A DNA stretch of 64,000 nt from Azolla caroliniana. Taxonomy: Eukaryota; Plantae; Polypodiophyta. The notes beneath the pieces are model-generated. The model saw only the letters and a program-made list of their open reading frames with translations, ran no database searches and was not told the origin of the DNA. The stretch is taken from NCBI GenBank assembly GCA_043228905.1, contig JBHGNT010000014.1:12276001-12340000 (forward strand). Reading direction: 5' to 3'. Below are positions 1 to 13,080 of the stretch, one piece after another (positions within the stretch are counted from its first letter, which is position 1; every line of letters begins with the position of its first letter). Position numbers and translations under genes: made by a program.

Positions 1-1619
1 CCGGTGGTAGCACCCCATCCGGATCCGCCAACAAGTCTAAGTCCAATTCCGTGGGCACCGTCGTGGGCGCCATCGTCGGCGTGGCGGCCCTCTTCCTCCT
101 CGCCGGCCTCGTCGCCCTCTTCCTCTTCAAGCGCAAGAAGAGGCAGCGCCTCCTTAGAGTGCAAAGCCCCAATACCGTCATCGTCCACCACCCGTCCGAG
201 AATGGCGATGGCGGAGGAGATCTCATGAAGATCACCGTTGCCCCCAACAGCACTGCCAATGGCCGCGTCCACAGCTCTCACAGCGGCCCTAGCGAACACG
301 TGCAAGTGCTCGAGGCCGGGAATTTGGTCATATCCATACAGCTCCTACGGAATGTGACCAACAACTTTAGCGAGGAGAACGTGCTCGGGAAAGGCGGGTT
401 CGGGGTCGTGTACAAAGGCGAGCTCGATGATGGCACCAAGATAGCCGTGAAAAGAATGATATCTTCTGTCGTAAGTAACAAAGGGTTGGATGAATTCCAA
501 GCCGAGATTGCGGTTCTTACCAAGGTTAGGCATCGGCATTTGGTCGCCCTTCTCGGGTATTGCATAGAAGGGAACGAGCGGCTTCTTGTGTATGAATACA
601 TGCCACAAGGAACTTTGAGCCAACATTTGTTCGATTGGAAAGCGTTAGGTTTACAGCCCTTTAGCTGGGACCGACGCCTCAGCATTGCGTTGGACATGGC
701 TAGAGGCGTGGAATATCTACATGGCTTGGCTCAGCAAAGCTTCATTCATCGAGATTTGAAGCCGTCTAATGTGTTGTTAGGAGATGATTTTAGAGCTAAA
801 GTCTCAGATTTCGGGCTGGTTAAGCTTGCTCCTGAAGGGAAAAGTTCGGTGGAAACTAGACTTGCAGGGACCTTTGGATACCTCGCTCCCGAGTATGCTG
901 GTAAGATCCTATGTATATTCTATTCATGTGTGTGGTCTACATATGTTTATATTGATCAGTTCAATGTCTGAATTGCAAAGACTGGGTGCTGTTTTAGCGC
1001 GTAATGTCTTGTTTTGCTCGATCTACGAATATGTATGTATGTATGTATCCGATGATGGTTCTTATTTTATCTTCATCGATCGATCTTTGCAGTTACGGGG
1101 CGAGTTACGACCAAATCTGATGTGTACAGCTTTGGAGTGATGCTAATGGAGCTGTTAACGGGCCGGAAAGCACTGGATGAGACGAGGCCCGAAGAGAGCA
1201 TGCACTTGGTGACATGGTTCGGAAGGTTGATTCGGAACAAGGAGGCAATACTCAACGCGCTGGACCCCGTGATCGAGGTTACCGAGGAGACCACCCGAAG
1301 CATCCTCACCGTGGCCGAGCTGTCAGGACATTGCACCGTGAGGGAGCCACATAAGCGTCCGGACATGAGCCATGCCGTGAATGTATTGTCTCCTCTTGTC
1401 GAGCATTGGAAACCGAATGATGTCCCCGAAGAAGATACAGGTATTGATTTGGGTGAACCTCTCTCCGAGGCTCTTAAGAGATGGCAAGGTATAGAGGATT
1501 CATCATCGTCGGCCAATCTTTCTCAATATCTGGATGGGAACACGAGGGACTCGATTGCGAGCATACCCCCGTGCCCGTTGGAGCTCGCCCACACTTTCGC
1601 ATCGACTGATGGACGGTAG
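1..1619 (+). CDS. TMK1: TMK-family (LRR-IX) receptor-like kinase, 3' part (TM helix + kinase domain); join(<3..900,1093..1619); 5' end lies outside the window
   Basis: TM helix [23 protein letters not shown] then KRKKR; motifs [40 protein letters not shown] intron 901-1092 joins ..[19 protein letters not shown]-terminus FASTDGR matches the TMK-type FTSxDGR end. Confidence 0.95.
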
Positions 1620-2309
1620 ATATTCGGACCAACGGTATTCACATGATTAGGAAAACACTATTTTCTTTCACATAATTTCAATACCGGGGTCCAGCCGGTA
1701 TTTACAGATGTTTATCTTGTAGGTAATGTGAAATTGACTGTTGCTACTTCTTCCTTCCCCCTTTGAAACCATGGATTCATTCATATCTCACAAGGAACTA
1801 CTTACTACTACTACTGCTACTTGGGGGGATTGATTGCTCTTTTTTGATTTATTTATTTTTCCCTGTTATTTCCCATTGAAATCCAAAGATTGATCACTGT
1901 CTAACTCATTCTTTTTCCTCCATTAATTCATAAGCCTCCGTTTGTCTTAGATAGAAAAAAAAAAAACTGACAATTGTTTTGGAAAAGTGTATGCAACAAC
2001 TAAGAAAGTGGTTTTGCTCTGCTTTTTTCTTTATACATACCGTATTAAGTTCCCAAGTTCCAGATTACATATGTGCCATTTCTACTCACTTTTTAGTGCT
2101 GTCTTTTCTGTTCTTTCATTTTTATTTATATTGTTGCTTGACAATGAGAATTTCAAATGTACAACATAATTGTGTTTGTTCTATCAGCATTATGAACAGA
2201 TTTTGATATGGATCTAGTAGAAGATTTGAGAATGCACACTTGTGAACCATGTGATTGAAGGGTGTAGACAAAAATGGTTCCTTATTCCTCTTCCTAGGGT
2301 GATTTCCTC

Positions 2310-2595
2310 AATGGTATTGTGTTATTTTAGGAATGATTGTATGAACTCTTCGCCTCCCCTATGGATGTAGCTTTAACTTTGATGGAGCTTCCAGATCAAC
2401 TTACCTAGATGGTATTGTGCTATTTTGAGGTTGTTTGCATCACCTCTTCTTTAACATTGATGGATATGGACTTTACCAATGTGGAGCTTTTGGATTAACT
2501 TAGAGAATTACCTAGATGGTATAGTGTTATTTTGGGAGGTAATGCATAACTTCCTAGATGGCATTGTGCTATTTTGGGGTTGATTGCATCACCCC
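2310..2595. repeat. Degenerate direct repeats (4 copies of an atggtattgtgctatttt core)
   Basis: Core (cctag)atggtattgtg(c/t)tatttt recurs at ~2311, ~2409, ~2516 and ~2557, twice followed by ggttg..tgcatcacc. Confidence 0.6.
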
Positions 2596-4014
2596 TTTGT
2601 TGCCTTAGATGTATATAAATAACCTCATCAAATCGACCTTTTGGATTCTCTTTGATTTTATTTCAAACATGCCACACTGTTATCCTAGTGCTCTATTGTT
2701 GTTTTCAACATCTAGCTTGTGTGTTTTCAAAGGACGAAATACATCAGCTACAGCTTCCTGAATCCATTGGCTACTTTTGAATATGATCAAATACTTGACT
2801 AAGGCTTTCGATGTCTATCACTTCTACACATCCATCATGTCCTAGACTAAGGTTGGTGCTTGGTACATCGACATTAAAACAATAGATTTGCAACCAACTA
2901 AATGACAGTGGTTGATGTGATAGTGTAAACAAAATAGGTCCATTTCTTCTGTTTGGGTTACAGTCAAGTTTTGTATGTCAAACTTGTATCAATATGCCAG
3001 TGCAACACATGCACAATGAACTAATGCGTCAACGAGAGACCTCACATCACTAGTTGTGTCAATGAACATGTGTGCAACATAAAGGAAGGGACAAGCATTT
3101 CATGCTCTATGTTAATTTTGGCACAAAACATCTCTCAAGCTTGCATGATCTCATGCTTCTATTAAAATGTGTACAAAAGATCGAGACAAAGATATAAAGA
3201 GAGACACATCACATGCTTTTGGTTGTGTGTTTGTTTGCAAGTCAAATGTCATACACCAAAATTGTACAGAAGACTATAAGGGATATATTTTTTAGATTGT
3301 AAAATAGCATGTGTGTCTCGACATAACCAATCATTTATTCTATCCTTGATTACTCTTGCTAAATTGATCAATGTTGCATCGCTTTTCATATTGTTGAGAT
3401 TAACATATATTATATAAATATTGCCTAGCATATTGATGTGTAGCCTGTAGGTAGAAACCTAGATTTTCGTTGTAAAAAAAATCCTTAGTTAAAAAGGACC
3501 AAGACAAATGTTGTATGGCAAAATCGAAAGATTACATGAATTATATGAAAAGAAAAGTGTCTCCAAGCTTCACTATCCATACATTATTAGTTTGTTTGTC
3601 TTACAACATGGTACAATTTCTCTCACATTCGTCCAATGTTAATTGGTATTTTAGTAATGTTCGTTGGTGTATTCCCCACTCTTAGTTATAGAAGACAAAC
3701 CACTCTTTTTTTATCAAATATGTTGCTTTTTATTGCCTTAGGTGAGCTTACATTGGTTCTAATCAAGAGATGGGCAACTAGTTCTAAAGTTATGCACTCG
3801 GATAAGAAAAGGGAAACTATCACAAATATTGACTTTTTGTGTGATATTTTTTATGTTCATATTCCTTTTTTAAATTTTCACATGGTGTTTGAGCTGGTAG
3901 AATATTACAACACAAGAACATTTACAACAATACTTGAGAGAGTTGCATGCCAGTTCTTGAATTGGGATAAACCAATCATAGCATATGTTCACTATTGATC
4001 CTTGCTTCCTTTGT

Positions 4015-4321
4015 TTATTGTCAATCGAGAGTTCTCACATTTAGAGTTGCAACATTTCTTACTAATCCTTACAAAACAAAGGAGATTGAATTTTGTATAA
4101 AGGCCAATCTACGTACATTCATGCATACCCAATAGAGGGTAACAACAACTCGCTCCTCATTAAATCCTTATTGTCAATCGAGAGTTCTCACATTTAGAGT
4201 TGCAACATTTCTTACTAATCCTTACAAAACAAAGGAGATTGAATTTTGTATAAAGGCCAATCTACGTACATTCATGCATACCCAATAGAGGGTAACAACA
4301 ACTCGCTCCTCATTAAATCCT
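4015..4321. repeat. Perfect 153-bp tandem duplication
   Basis: ttattgtcaatcgagagttctc...ctcattaaatcc at 4015-4167 and again at 4168-4320. Confidence 0.95.
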
Positions 4322-7300
4322 ACTTCATTGATTTGAGCCAATTTTGTAATGGCTTAAAGATATATCAAGAAATGTCGACAAATACACATATCTGAAATCT
4401 AAAGTACATGTTTTTTCACCATTACTTAGGGATTAAGTTGATATCTAAAAACAATGATAAGTCATTATAGAACATTGCAATCGATACACAAAGTTCTCGG
4501 AAAATAAATGATGATGTTCATATTTGGTAAGTGTGGGCCTAGCATCAGAACTTGTACTTTAGATGTGGATGCCTCGTGTAGGATAAGTTGGAGCCCACAT
4601 CTTCAATTTATGTGTGAGGCGAGACTATAGAGTTTCACATGTACATAGATCCCCAAAATGGTTTTTTAGGTTTGCCCAACTAAGTATCGTGTTAAAGTGT
4701 CATGCAAGCTTGTTGTATTTGTGTTATTTGTTGGTGTCATAGTCTATTTTGATCCAATTGTTGTGTTTTTGCATAATAGTGAGCGCATACACAATTGTAT
4801 GTGGTTGTTTATGATTTGTTGGCCTATCCAACGGCTTGAGGCTGTTGTATAATGCACCTTCTTTGGTTGCTTATTAAAGCGTGTAACCATTTCTAAATGT
4901 TAAAGCACAATGTATTTATTGTCAATTGAATGTGAGCATGAGAGGTTTTTTATTCTTCTTAATAGCTTTTGGTTGGCCTTTGAAACATAGAAAGCATTCC
5001 CCCAAAGATAAGTATAGACATTGTTTCCATCCAAAACATTTTTTTGAGAAAGTTAAGAGGTTTTGTTGAAATTGAGGAAATATTATTTGGATTCCTTGGG
5101 GTTGTTGATTTTGTGAGTGCAAATTGCGAGAAGGATCTATTCATAACATTTTCACAATCTAAGTACATATTTTCATAAAATTTCCCAATATAATCCAATG
5201 CATTAAAGACATAAACATATAGTTGGACAAGCAACAAATTGTGGCCAAAGAAAAGAGATTTTATAATGTTTGACATAAATATATCTAAGCAAATATGCTA
5301 ACAAACATCTTGCAATCTCAATCTCAATTTATCTTGGAAGTTGTGTGCAATCCATGCAAATAGATCAAAGAAGTGATCAACATGGTAAGTCTAGTTTATA
5401 ATTGAAATATGGCGTAGTATATGTGACATCTCGATGGGAGGTAAATGGATATGCTCAATAACTCTACTTATCCATGAGTAACTCTACTAATTGGAGTAAT
5501 CAATGTGCATGCTTTTCTTGTAAATTCATGTGTGATTTAAAATGTGTAGTTTTGAGTACCAAGTATGTTGTCTAGCTAAAGGGCACCCTAATAGTCCCAA
5601 TTCTTTTCTAACATCCTACATATGTATGTATCTTCAATCCATGATTTCACAAAGTAGATTGCATGACGTTGAAGTGTAGGTGTAGTCAATATTTAAGTAA
5701 TGGGAATTCAAATTCACCTAGCATGGTAAAGCGTCTATATGCAAATTCCACAAAAGAAAGATCACAATAACCACCACCAAGGGTATTGGGTAGTCGTAGC
5801 AATACAATGTTCGTAACATGGGTAACAACCGCACGTGGCCACACAACACTAAACTAAACACAATACGAAACAACCCAATCAACCACCTTTTTCTTTGTGG
5901 CAAAGTAGATTCTTGTTTTCGAATAATGAGAAATCAAGGCACACCTAGGAAATTAAAAAAACAAATTAAACAACATCCACTAAGAAAGAATATTAAGACA
6001 ATTGCATGAAAAGAGCATAGGAATGCACAACTAACGTAATATTTCATAGTTCCTTTCTAAAAACAAGATATGGAAAGTAAACTCACTCGACCAATGTATG
6101 AATTGTATACACCATAGTCCGTTACAAGAATAACAAACATCTGTACATTGGCATCAACAAGAAAAGGCTTGTCCATATTCACAATATACTTTTTAGTAGA
6201 TCAATGGTCTACAAGTGGCAACACAAGCACTATGATGAAAATGTATTTACACGATTTCAGATTTCCAAAACTCCGTAAATGGCATCAACACAAAAGAATC
6301 ACACCAGAGCAATGATGTATATCTATGACACGAGTTCGCATTTCCCAAAGTAGCATCAATTTTACAAAGGCTAAAATCCCATCCTACTACTTTGAAACTC
6401 TTCAATGTGAGCTTATCCTTGAATATTGGAAAACGTTTTCTATTACTTTGGGATTACCCTCCCACGTAAAACATTTGTACGATGAATACTTCCTTTCGAA
6501 CTGAGAACGCCAGAAATGAAGCATGTGGACAACATTATTAGACCATCACATGTTCCCAAAAAGGTGCATTCACATACTAGATTCACCATCCCTTATGTCG
6601 GGCCTCTTCACATGCTACAAGCACCCATTCAGATACAATCTCGAATATAAATATTGTTGGCAACGTAACAAAACTAAACATCATGCATAGCTCCTTGTTC
6701 CACATAGAACAAAGAACAGACGCTGTTTTATTATGAATTAAGCTGATCTGAATTAAAATGGGTCCAACAGATTGAAACACTTTGAATCTGAAAATCGCTT
6801 GCCATTTTCAAATGCATTAAACAAGTTATTAACTTAAAATCATGCTCCAACAATCATATCAACATTAACTATCACTGACATGAAGACAATCCCTCTTCTT
6901 GGTAAAAATTTAGTGAAAGGTAAACAATAATAAGATGAAAGCACATTCGTGCATAATCGCTATAGTACTCTTTATGCTTATTTGCACATATCTATGAATC
7001 ACGATCTACTAAATTATGAACAAAATGGTTAGAACCAAACATTTAGGCATTATTTTATGAAGTCAATGTGTTAGGATTTCCCAGTTAACAATGATAATGA
7101 AAAATAGGGTTTAGCTCTAAACCCATTTCTTGTTATAATACCAAAAGAATCACCAGATGATAACGGGAAATACCAAAACAATGGTAATGTACATTTACGA
7201 GCATAGTATTTACAAAAAAATTGCTTATCAAGCAACATTTAACTCTTCCTAAATTTAAATGCCTCGAGTGGTGTTGAAATAAAAAAATACCAAAAAGGCA

Positions 7301-7425
7301 TATGCTAGCACTGAGGGCACACAAGACAATTTAAATTAACACTTGCCATCATCATGTAAGAGAAAGAAAAGGCTATACTTCTAGCATATCCCATGTACCA
7401 ATTTTTTGTAGGAAAATTATATGGT

Positions 7426-7550
7426 AAAAAAGTCATGCTAAATACAGTAACAGAAGCAATTGAAAGACCATTCCTTGACTTTCCTAACACATTGGCATTG
7501 CTACTTGCAATGGTTTCATATTTCTCTGTAGTAGAAGAGCTATTCAACAT
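7426..7550 (-). repeat. Diverged copy of the kinase's last ~38 codons and stop region, in its 3' flank
   Basis: 7426-7550 aligns to 7582-7706; it translates [27 protein letters not shown] versus [27 protein letters not shown]. Confidence 0.85.
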
Positions 7551-7592
7551 ATACCCTTTTTTTAAAGAAAATCACAAGGTGAAAAAGTCATG

Positions 7593-10357
7593 CTAAATAC
7601 AGTAACGAAAGCAATCGAAGAGACCATTTCTCGACTTTCCTAACACATCAGGATTGCTACTTGTAATGGTTTCTTCTTTGTCTATAGTAGAAGAGCTATT
7701 CGACATCTCTTTTGGGATTGGAAAGCTCTTGGAGACAATCTGTATTTGTGGGGCGACTTTTTCAGATGTGGATACCGTGGACAAAAAGGAGGTTAGCATA
7801 CGTACCACCTGAGCAAAGTTGGGCCGGACATTGGGATCTTCGGCCCAGCATGATTGCATTATGAACACTAACTCATCAGGTAGATTTAAATTATCTGAAA
7901 GTGTTGGTCTTGTTCCCTATGGAAGATAAAATAAAATTTAAATAAATTAACTCATAAATTGTTTAGCTGAATTAACACATACGCTTAAATTACCCAAAAT
8001 GGTTGGTTTTCTTCAATGTGAAATTGTTTAGCTGAATTAACACATACGCTTAAATTACCCAAAATGGTTGGTTTTGTTCAATGTGAAAGATAAACACATA
8101 ATTTTAAGTGGAAGTACATCAAACTATCCCTCATTATTTTCACAGAGATTCCCCAAAATACTTAAACCAGGAAAAGAGTTGGGGGGGGGGGAGGGGGGCA
8201 TTTTGGTGAGTTTCCAAAAACTTAAACCAGGAAAAAAAACAAGAAAAAGCATTAACATAGAAGCAATGAAAAATCTTTCTTAGTGTTTCAATGGGATTCC
8301 TTACTTTAAAAGCTGCTGCATATGCTGCTTGCAAGTTGGACATGCCCTCGAAAGGCATATGATTCGTTAGAAGCTCCCACAAAACAATCGCAAAGCTATA
8401 TACATCAACTTTATTATTGTAATGTTTCTTCTCCCCATTACGCAATGTAACTGTACTGTACAACTGTATTCATGAAGCAAAAAAGCACCAAAAAAAAATC
8501 AAGAGACACTCTTGCAGTATAAAAACAAAAAACACTTTCACGTTAATTGTAGTTTATGGTGTTTAGGGGGGAAAACTCTGACATTTTTCCCCCAAAATAC
8601 CCATCAGCTTTTTGTTTATTTCCCAAGACGCCCCTTAGTCAGCCCCCAAAGCACAATTACAGCAGTCAAATATCATCCCATGAAAGTGAGCATTTATAAT
8701 GACTGTTTATGCCCTTCTCTCTAAGGTTTGACATAGGGCGTTTAGAAAAAACAAAAACCTCATGGAATTTGTCGATATAAAGAAAAATGCAGGGGATATT
8801 TCAAAGTTTTATTTTCTTATTATTAGTATGGAAGCGAAAAGATCAATGCAAACAAAACCTCAGGTGCCATCCATCTATAAGTTCCTGTCTCAGCTGTCAT
8901 CATCTCTGTTAATGTTTCTTCCCTCGCTAACCCAAAATCCACAAGCTTTACAGTCTTTTGATCAGCCGTCAATAGAAGATTATCTATATTGCCAAGCCCA
9001 CAAAGAAAAAAAATTATGATCTCTTTATGTAGTGATAAGTGTCACTGTCTCATCAAAACTCCCACACTTGTAATGATGACAAAAAATCGTGTCAAATCTA
9101 AAAATTTATCTTACATTGTTTTCTGATATTACATTGTTTGTCTTCATGTGGGAAGCCAGATGGCTGTACTTACATACATAGGATTACATGAATATACCAT
9201 GTGTCTATGAGCATAAATATACATGACTACATGTTTGCATAATGATGATAGGTGTATGACTCCACAAACACAACAAACAAGTAGAGAGATCTCCATATGT
9301 ATATAGATGCACATAAATTATGCATTACTCTAGAATATGCATTGGATGAGAAGGCAAAAAAATTATAAAACTATTAGTTATGCCATTTGCAAAGAGATTG
9401 TTAAAAGAGCTTTACAACACTGAAATTGATTATTGATATTGACAGCGATTGTAATGATTAAAAAACTATGGTCTTAAGTCAGCATTACCAGGTTTGAGAT
9501 CACGATGGATAATGCCATGTTTGTGAAGGCAATCCATGGCCTCAGCGATATCCAATGCGAATTTCACCGCAAGATTTTGGTCCAACCTTTTTGGCCTCAT
9601 GCTCAATAATAATTTCTTTAATGATCCTCCTTGTAATAGTTCTGTTACTACAACCATTACCGTTGGTTCCTTGCATGCTCCAATGAACTGATAATACATA
9701 ATAAAACAATCTCATTTGAGTAGTAAATCATCGCAACCAATCACCTAATAATATGTTAGCTATATATACACACACAGAAAAAATATATATAACTAACAGA
9801 ATCCCAATATATAGAAGTATAGAACTAGCATAAATATACCACTCTTCATTGTAATATGTAAACCATTTCTTTATTAAATTGTTTCTTACCTTCACAAGGT
9901 TCTTATGCTGTACTCTGCATAGAAATGTGACTTCCCGTGCAAATCTGCTCCCTCGTTTTGCCACTTCTTCAGGTGTTCCATTCATTTGAACCAACTTCAA
10001 TGCTACACTCTGTTCCTTGTACCTGTCAAAGATGAAACAAGGAAAACCAACAACATAAAAAAGATGCAATAACTTATAATACAAGTGTTTGCTTGGGTAT
10101 TTTTTTGCAAAGATATATATGGCAAAAACTTACTTGCCCTCATAAACTTTTCCATGGGCACCTTCTCCAATCCTTGGTCCGACAAATAGAAGCTTTGGAT
10201 CGATCCGCCATCTTTCATCGATTATAAACTCGTCTGTTCCAAAATCTGAGCTATGGATAGAAACAGGACTATCTCTTCCTCCTCCATCTGGCAAAACCCT
10301 AGCACCACTTCTCATTACATCTTTCCTATCCAGTTGGGTTCCTTCCATTGAACTCAT
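7593..10357 (-). CDS. Raf-like (group C) Ser/Thr/Tyr protein kinase, ATN1/STY13-like, 387 aa; complement(join(7593..7916,8305..8463,8859..8983,9489..9687,9890..10022,10134..10357))
   Basis: Six exons with GT-AG borders sum to 1164 nt in frame. Motifs [85 protein letters not shown]; Cys-containing tail FDCFRYCI. Confidence 0.95.
7956..8088. repeat. 65-bp tandem duplication in the last kinase intron
   Basis: aaattgtttagctgaattaacacatacgcttaaattacccaaaatggttggtttt(c/g)ttcaatgtg at 7956 and 8021. Confidence 0.9.
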
Positions 10358-11019
10358 TTGTATTTTCTTTTTAACTAACTCTGCGATTCAACCTAGAACC
10401 AGTGTAATCTTGACTAGTATCTCTTTCTACATATCTGACTCTACAACAATTTTCCAGGGTAATCTTATAATCTAGGCTCTCCTTGATATGCGTAAAGAAT
10501 CTAGCTTTTTTTCCAGAATAATCTCATCATAAGGGTCACTTTTACATTTGCATTTTTAGACTCTCTTTAACATAATTCTGCATTTCCCAGTGTAATTGCA
10601 GCATATTGATCCTTATACCTGTGAACCTAGCATTCTCCAATGCAAGCTCATCGTGCGAGTCACTTTACGAATGTGAAATTTTCTTTCACGCCAGAATTAA
10701 GGCCATCACCAAGGCTTTTGTACAAATGAGAATTTTAGTTTGCTTTGCCAGTGTTAAGACCGTCATCAAGGTTCTTTTACATATGTGAAATCTTAACATT
10801 TTTCCAGCGCCAAGATCATCATGTAGGTCTTTTTTGTTAAAATGAAGGTTCTAGGTTCTCTTCATCCACACTTCTGAGGGGTATTAAACCAAATAATTCT
10901 GATAATATTCTTATGCCAACCCACTCTTCTTAGATAGACACATTTTTTGACGCTTTCACCTATGTGTGAGAAAATGGAAAATCTTGAGTTAGACTCAATA
11001 ATCAGATTCTTTTTTTGAA

Positions 11020-11490
11020 TCTTTGTTTAGTTTCAATGGTCTGAGAATTTCTGAGATTATCTCCTGAGTCAGAGAATTTCTGCTTACCTTCAGTACTCCG
11101 AAATTTTCGGAAAACCTCCCAAAAATAGAGGTATCTCTGTTTAGCTTCGGTACTCAGAAATTTTGGGATTTTCTCCCAACGCAGACAAACTCTGTTTAGC
11201 TTCAAGCTTAGAATTTTTTAGATTCCCTCCCAAAACAGAGAATCCTGGTTAGCTTCAGTACTCTGAATTTTTGGAATTCCCTCGCAAACAGAGAACTTTT
11301 GGGATTTCCTCCCCAAATTAGAGAACCCCTGTTTAGCTTCAATACTCGGAATTTTGAGATTCTACACCAACTGAAGAATCTTACGATAGATTCAAAACCC
11401 AGATTTTCTTGAGGTTCCCCTCTAAGCAGAGGAAATTGACTTTAGATTCAAAAACTCAGATTGTTTTGAGATACTCTTCCAAGCAGGGAG
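11020..11490. repeat. Degenerate minisatellite (~50-55-bp units, ~8 copies) upstream of the kinase ATG
   Basis: Recurrent ctgtttagcttca.tactc.gaatttt.ggattccctccca..acagagaa. Confidence 0.75.
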
Positions 11491-11724
11491 TACACAAATA
11501 AATGAAGGTCCTTCAAACTATAGGACGAAATCCTGGGAGGTATTAAAACTCTCTTAGCACCATTATCAAGCTCCAATTTCAAAAAATGAGAATTTGAATC
11601 TAGAAATTGAGATGCAGATCTAAAACAATAAAATACAGAGAATTTCTGAGAGCTTGAAACGCCCACATTATGTTACCATTTTCAGAGACCTAATCTAGAG
11701 ACCAGAAAAATATTAAGAGCCCAA

Positions 11725-11860
11725 AACGAAGAAGAAGAAGAAGACGATGATGATGATGGTGATGATGATGATGAGGAAGAAGAAGAAGAAGAAGACGACA
11801 GAAACCCTAGCTGAAATCTCTTCTTTCTTTCTTTCTCTTTCTCTCTCTTTCTCCCTCAGA
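11725..11860 (-). promoter_or_regulatory. Probable 5' UTR/core promoter of the Raf-like kinase
   Basis: (GAA)n/(GAT)n tracts at 11728-11795, telo-box AAACCCTA at 11802 and a pyrimidine tract at 11820-11857; all are typical of plant 5' ends. The position is inferred. Confidence 0.45.
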
Positions 11861-11920
11861 GTCTCTTATTCAATAGCCATTGTTCAACATTGAAGATCAA
11901 TAATGATAAATTTTACCACA

Positions 11921-12245
<325 letters not shown>

Positions 12246-12639
12246 TGCATGTGCATGTACATGTGTATGGGATGTGATTTCCCACCACTATTATAATTTA
12301 TATTGATAAAATTTACCACATACATATGTGTATGCATGCAGACACATTGTGGTTTCTCACCAGTAATATAATTAAAGGAAAAGCTCTCCAACAATCTTTG
12401 ATTTTCTTTATTTTCGAGACTTCTGTTGAGGTTTTTGTTATTTCCCGGTACGTCTTTGGGTTCAAAAGACAAAAAAAAGATGGGGTGCACAGGGATGAGA
12501 CCGTATAATTGCTCTAAGTAGATTGCTTAAGAAGGGTTGAATCGAGGGCATTTAGGGAAAAGGTAAAAACTGCAAGGGTAATTTCAGACTCTTTATTGGT
12601 ATGGCAAGTCTCGAGATGTATGTCATCATATATGTGGAT

Positions 12640-13080
12640 AGATAGTTAGGCTTCAAACATTCATACACTTGTATATATGTACATATACACATCATACATG
12701 CATCAGTTCATGTACTAGTAGATATATTTCACAATTTAGTCCTAGTCAAAAGCAATTTTGATCGCAACTATATAAGGCTATATATGTACGTGTCCATATG
12801 TATACAAAGATAGATAGCCCACACATTGAACATTCATTCACTCATTCATATACATGTAGACACCTACGTACAATCATGTATCAGATTTAACGAATCGGAA
12901 GCGTGGTCAAAACAATTTTTTATTGTGCTTATACGAGACTATGTGTATGTGTAGATGTATGCATGGATCGATATTAAAATGTTGAACATTCATTCATACA
13001 TGTGCATACATAGATGTATACATATGCTCTTGTATTTAGATTTCCCAATTCAAATGCCTAGTCAAAACAAATTGGTAAAT
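12640..13080. repeat. Degenerate ~160-170-bp AT-rich tandem repeat (3 units)
   Basis: aacattcat.cat(a)cat at ~12655, ~12829 and ~12985; gtcaaaa(g)caa(a)tt at ~12745, ~12906 and ~13062. Confidence 0.55.

Noticed and set aside
901-971. ORF-track tail of the TMK kinase (GKILCIF...)
   Set aside because: This is read-through into the intron beginning GTAAGA at 901.
2650-5700. Short ORFs or a possible old transposase remnant
   Set aside because: AT-rich with no convincing motif or splice structure.
11020-11490. CRISPR-like array
   Set aside because: Units are degenerate along their whole length with no unique spacers; the context is eukaryotic and there are no cas genes.
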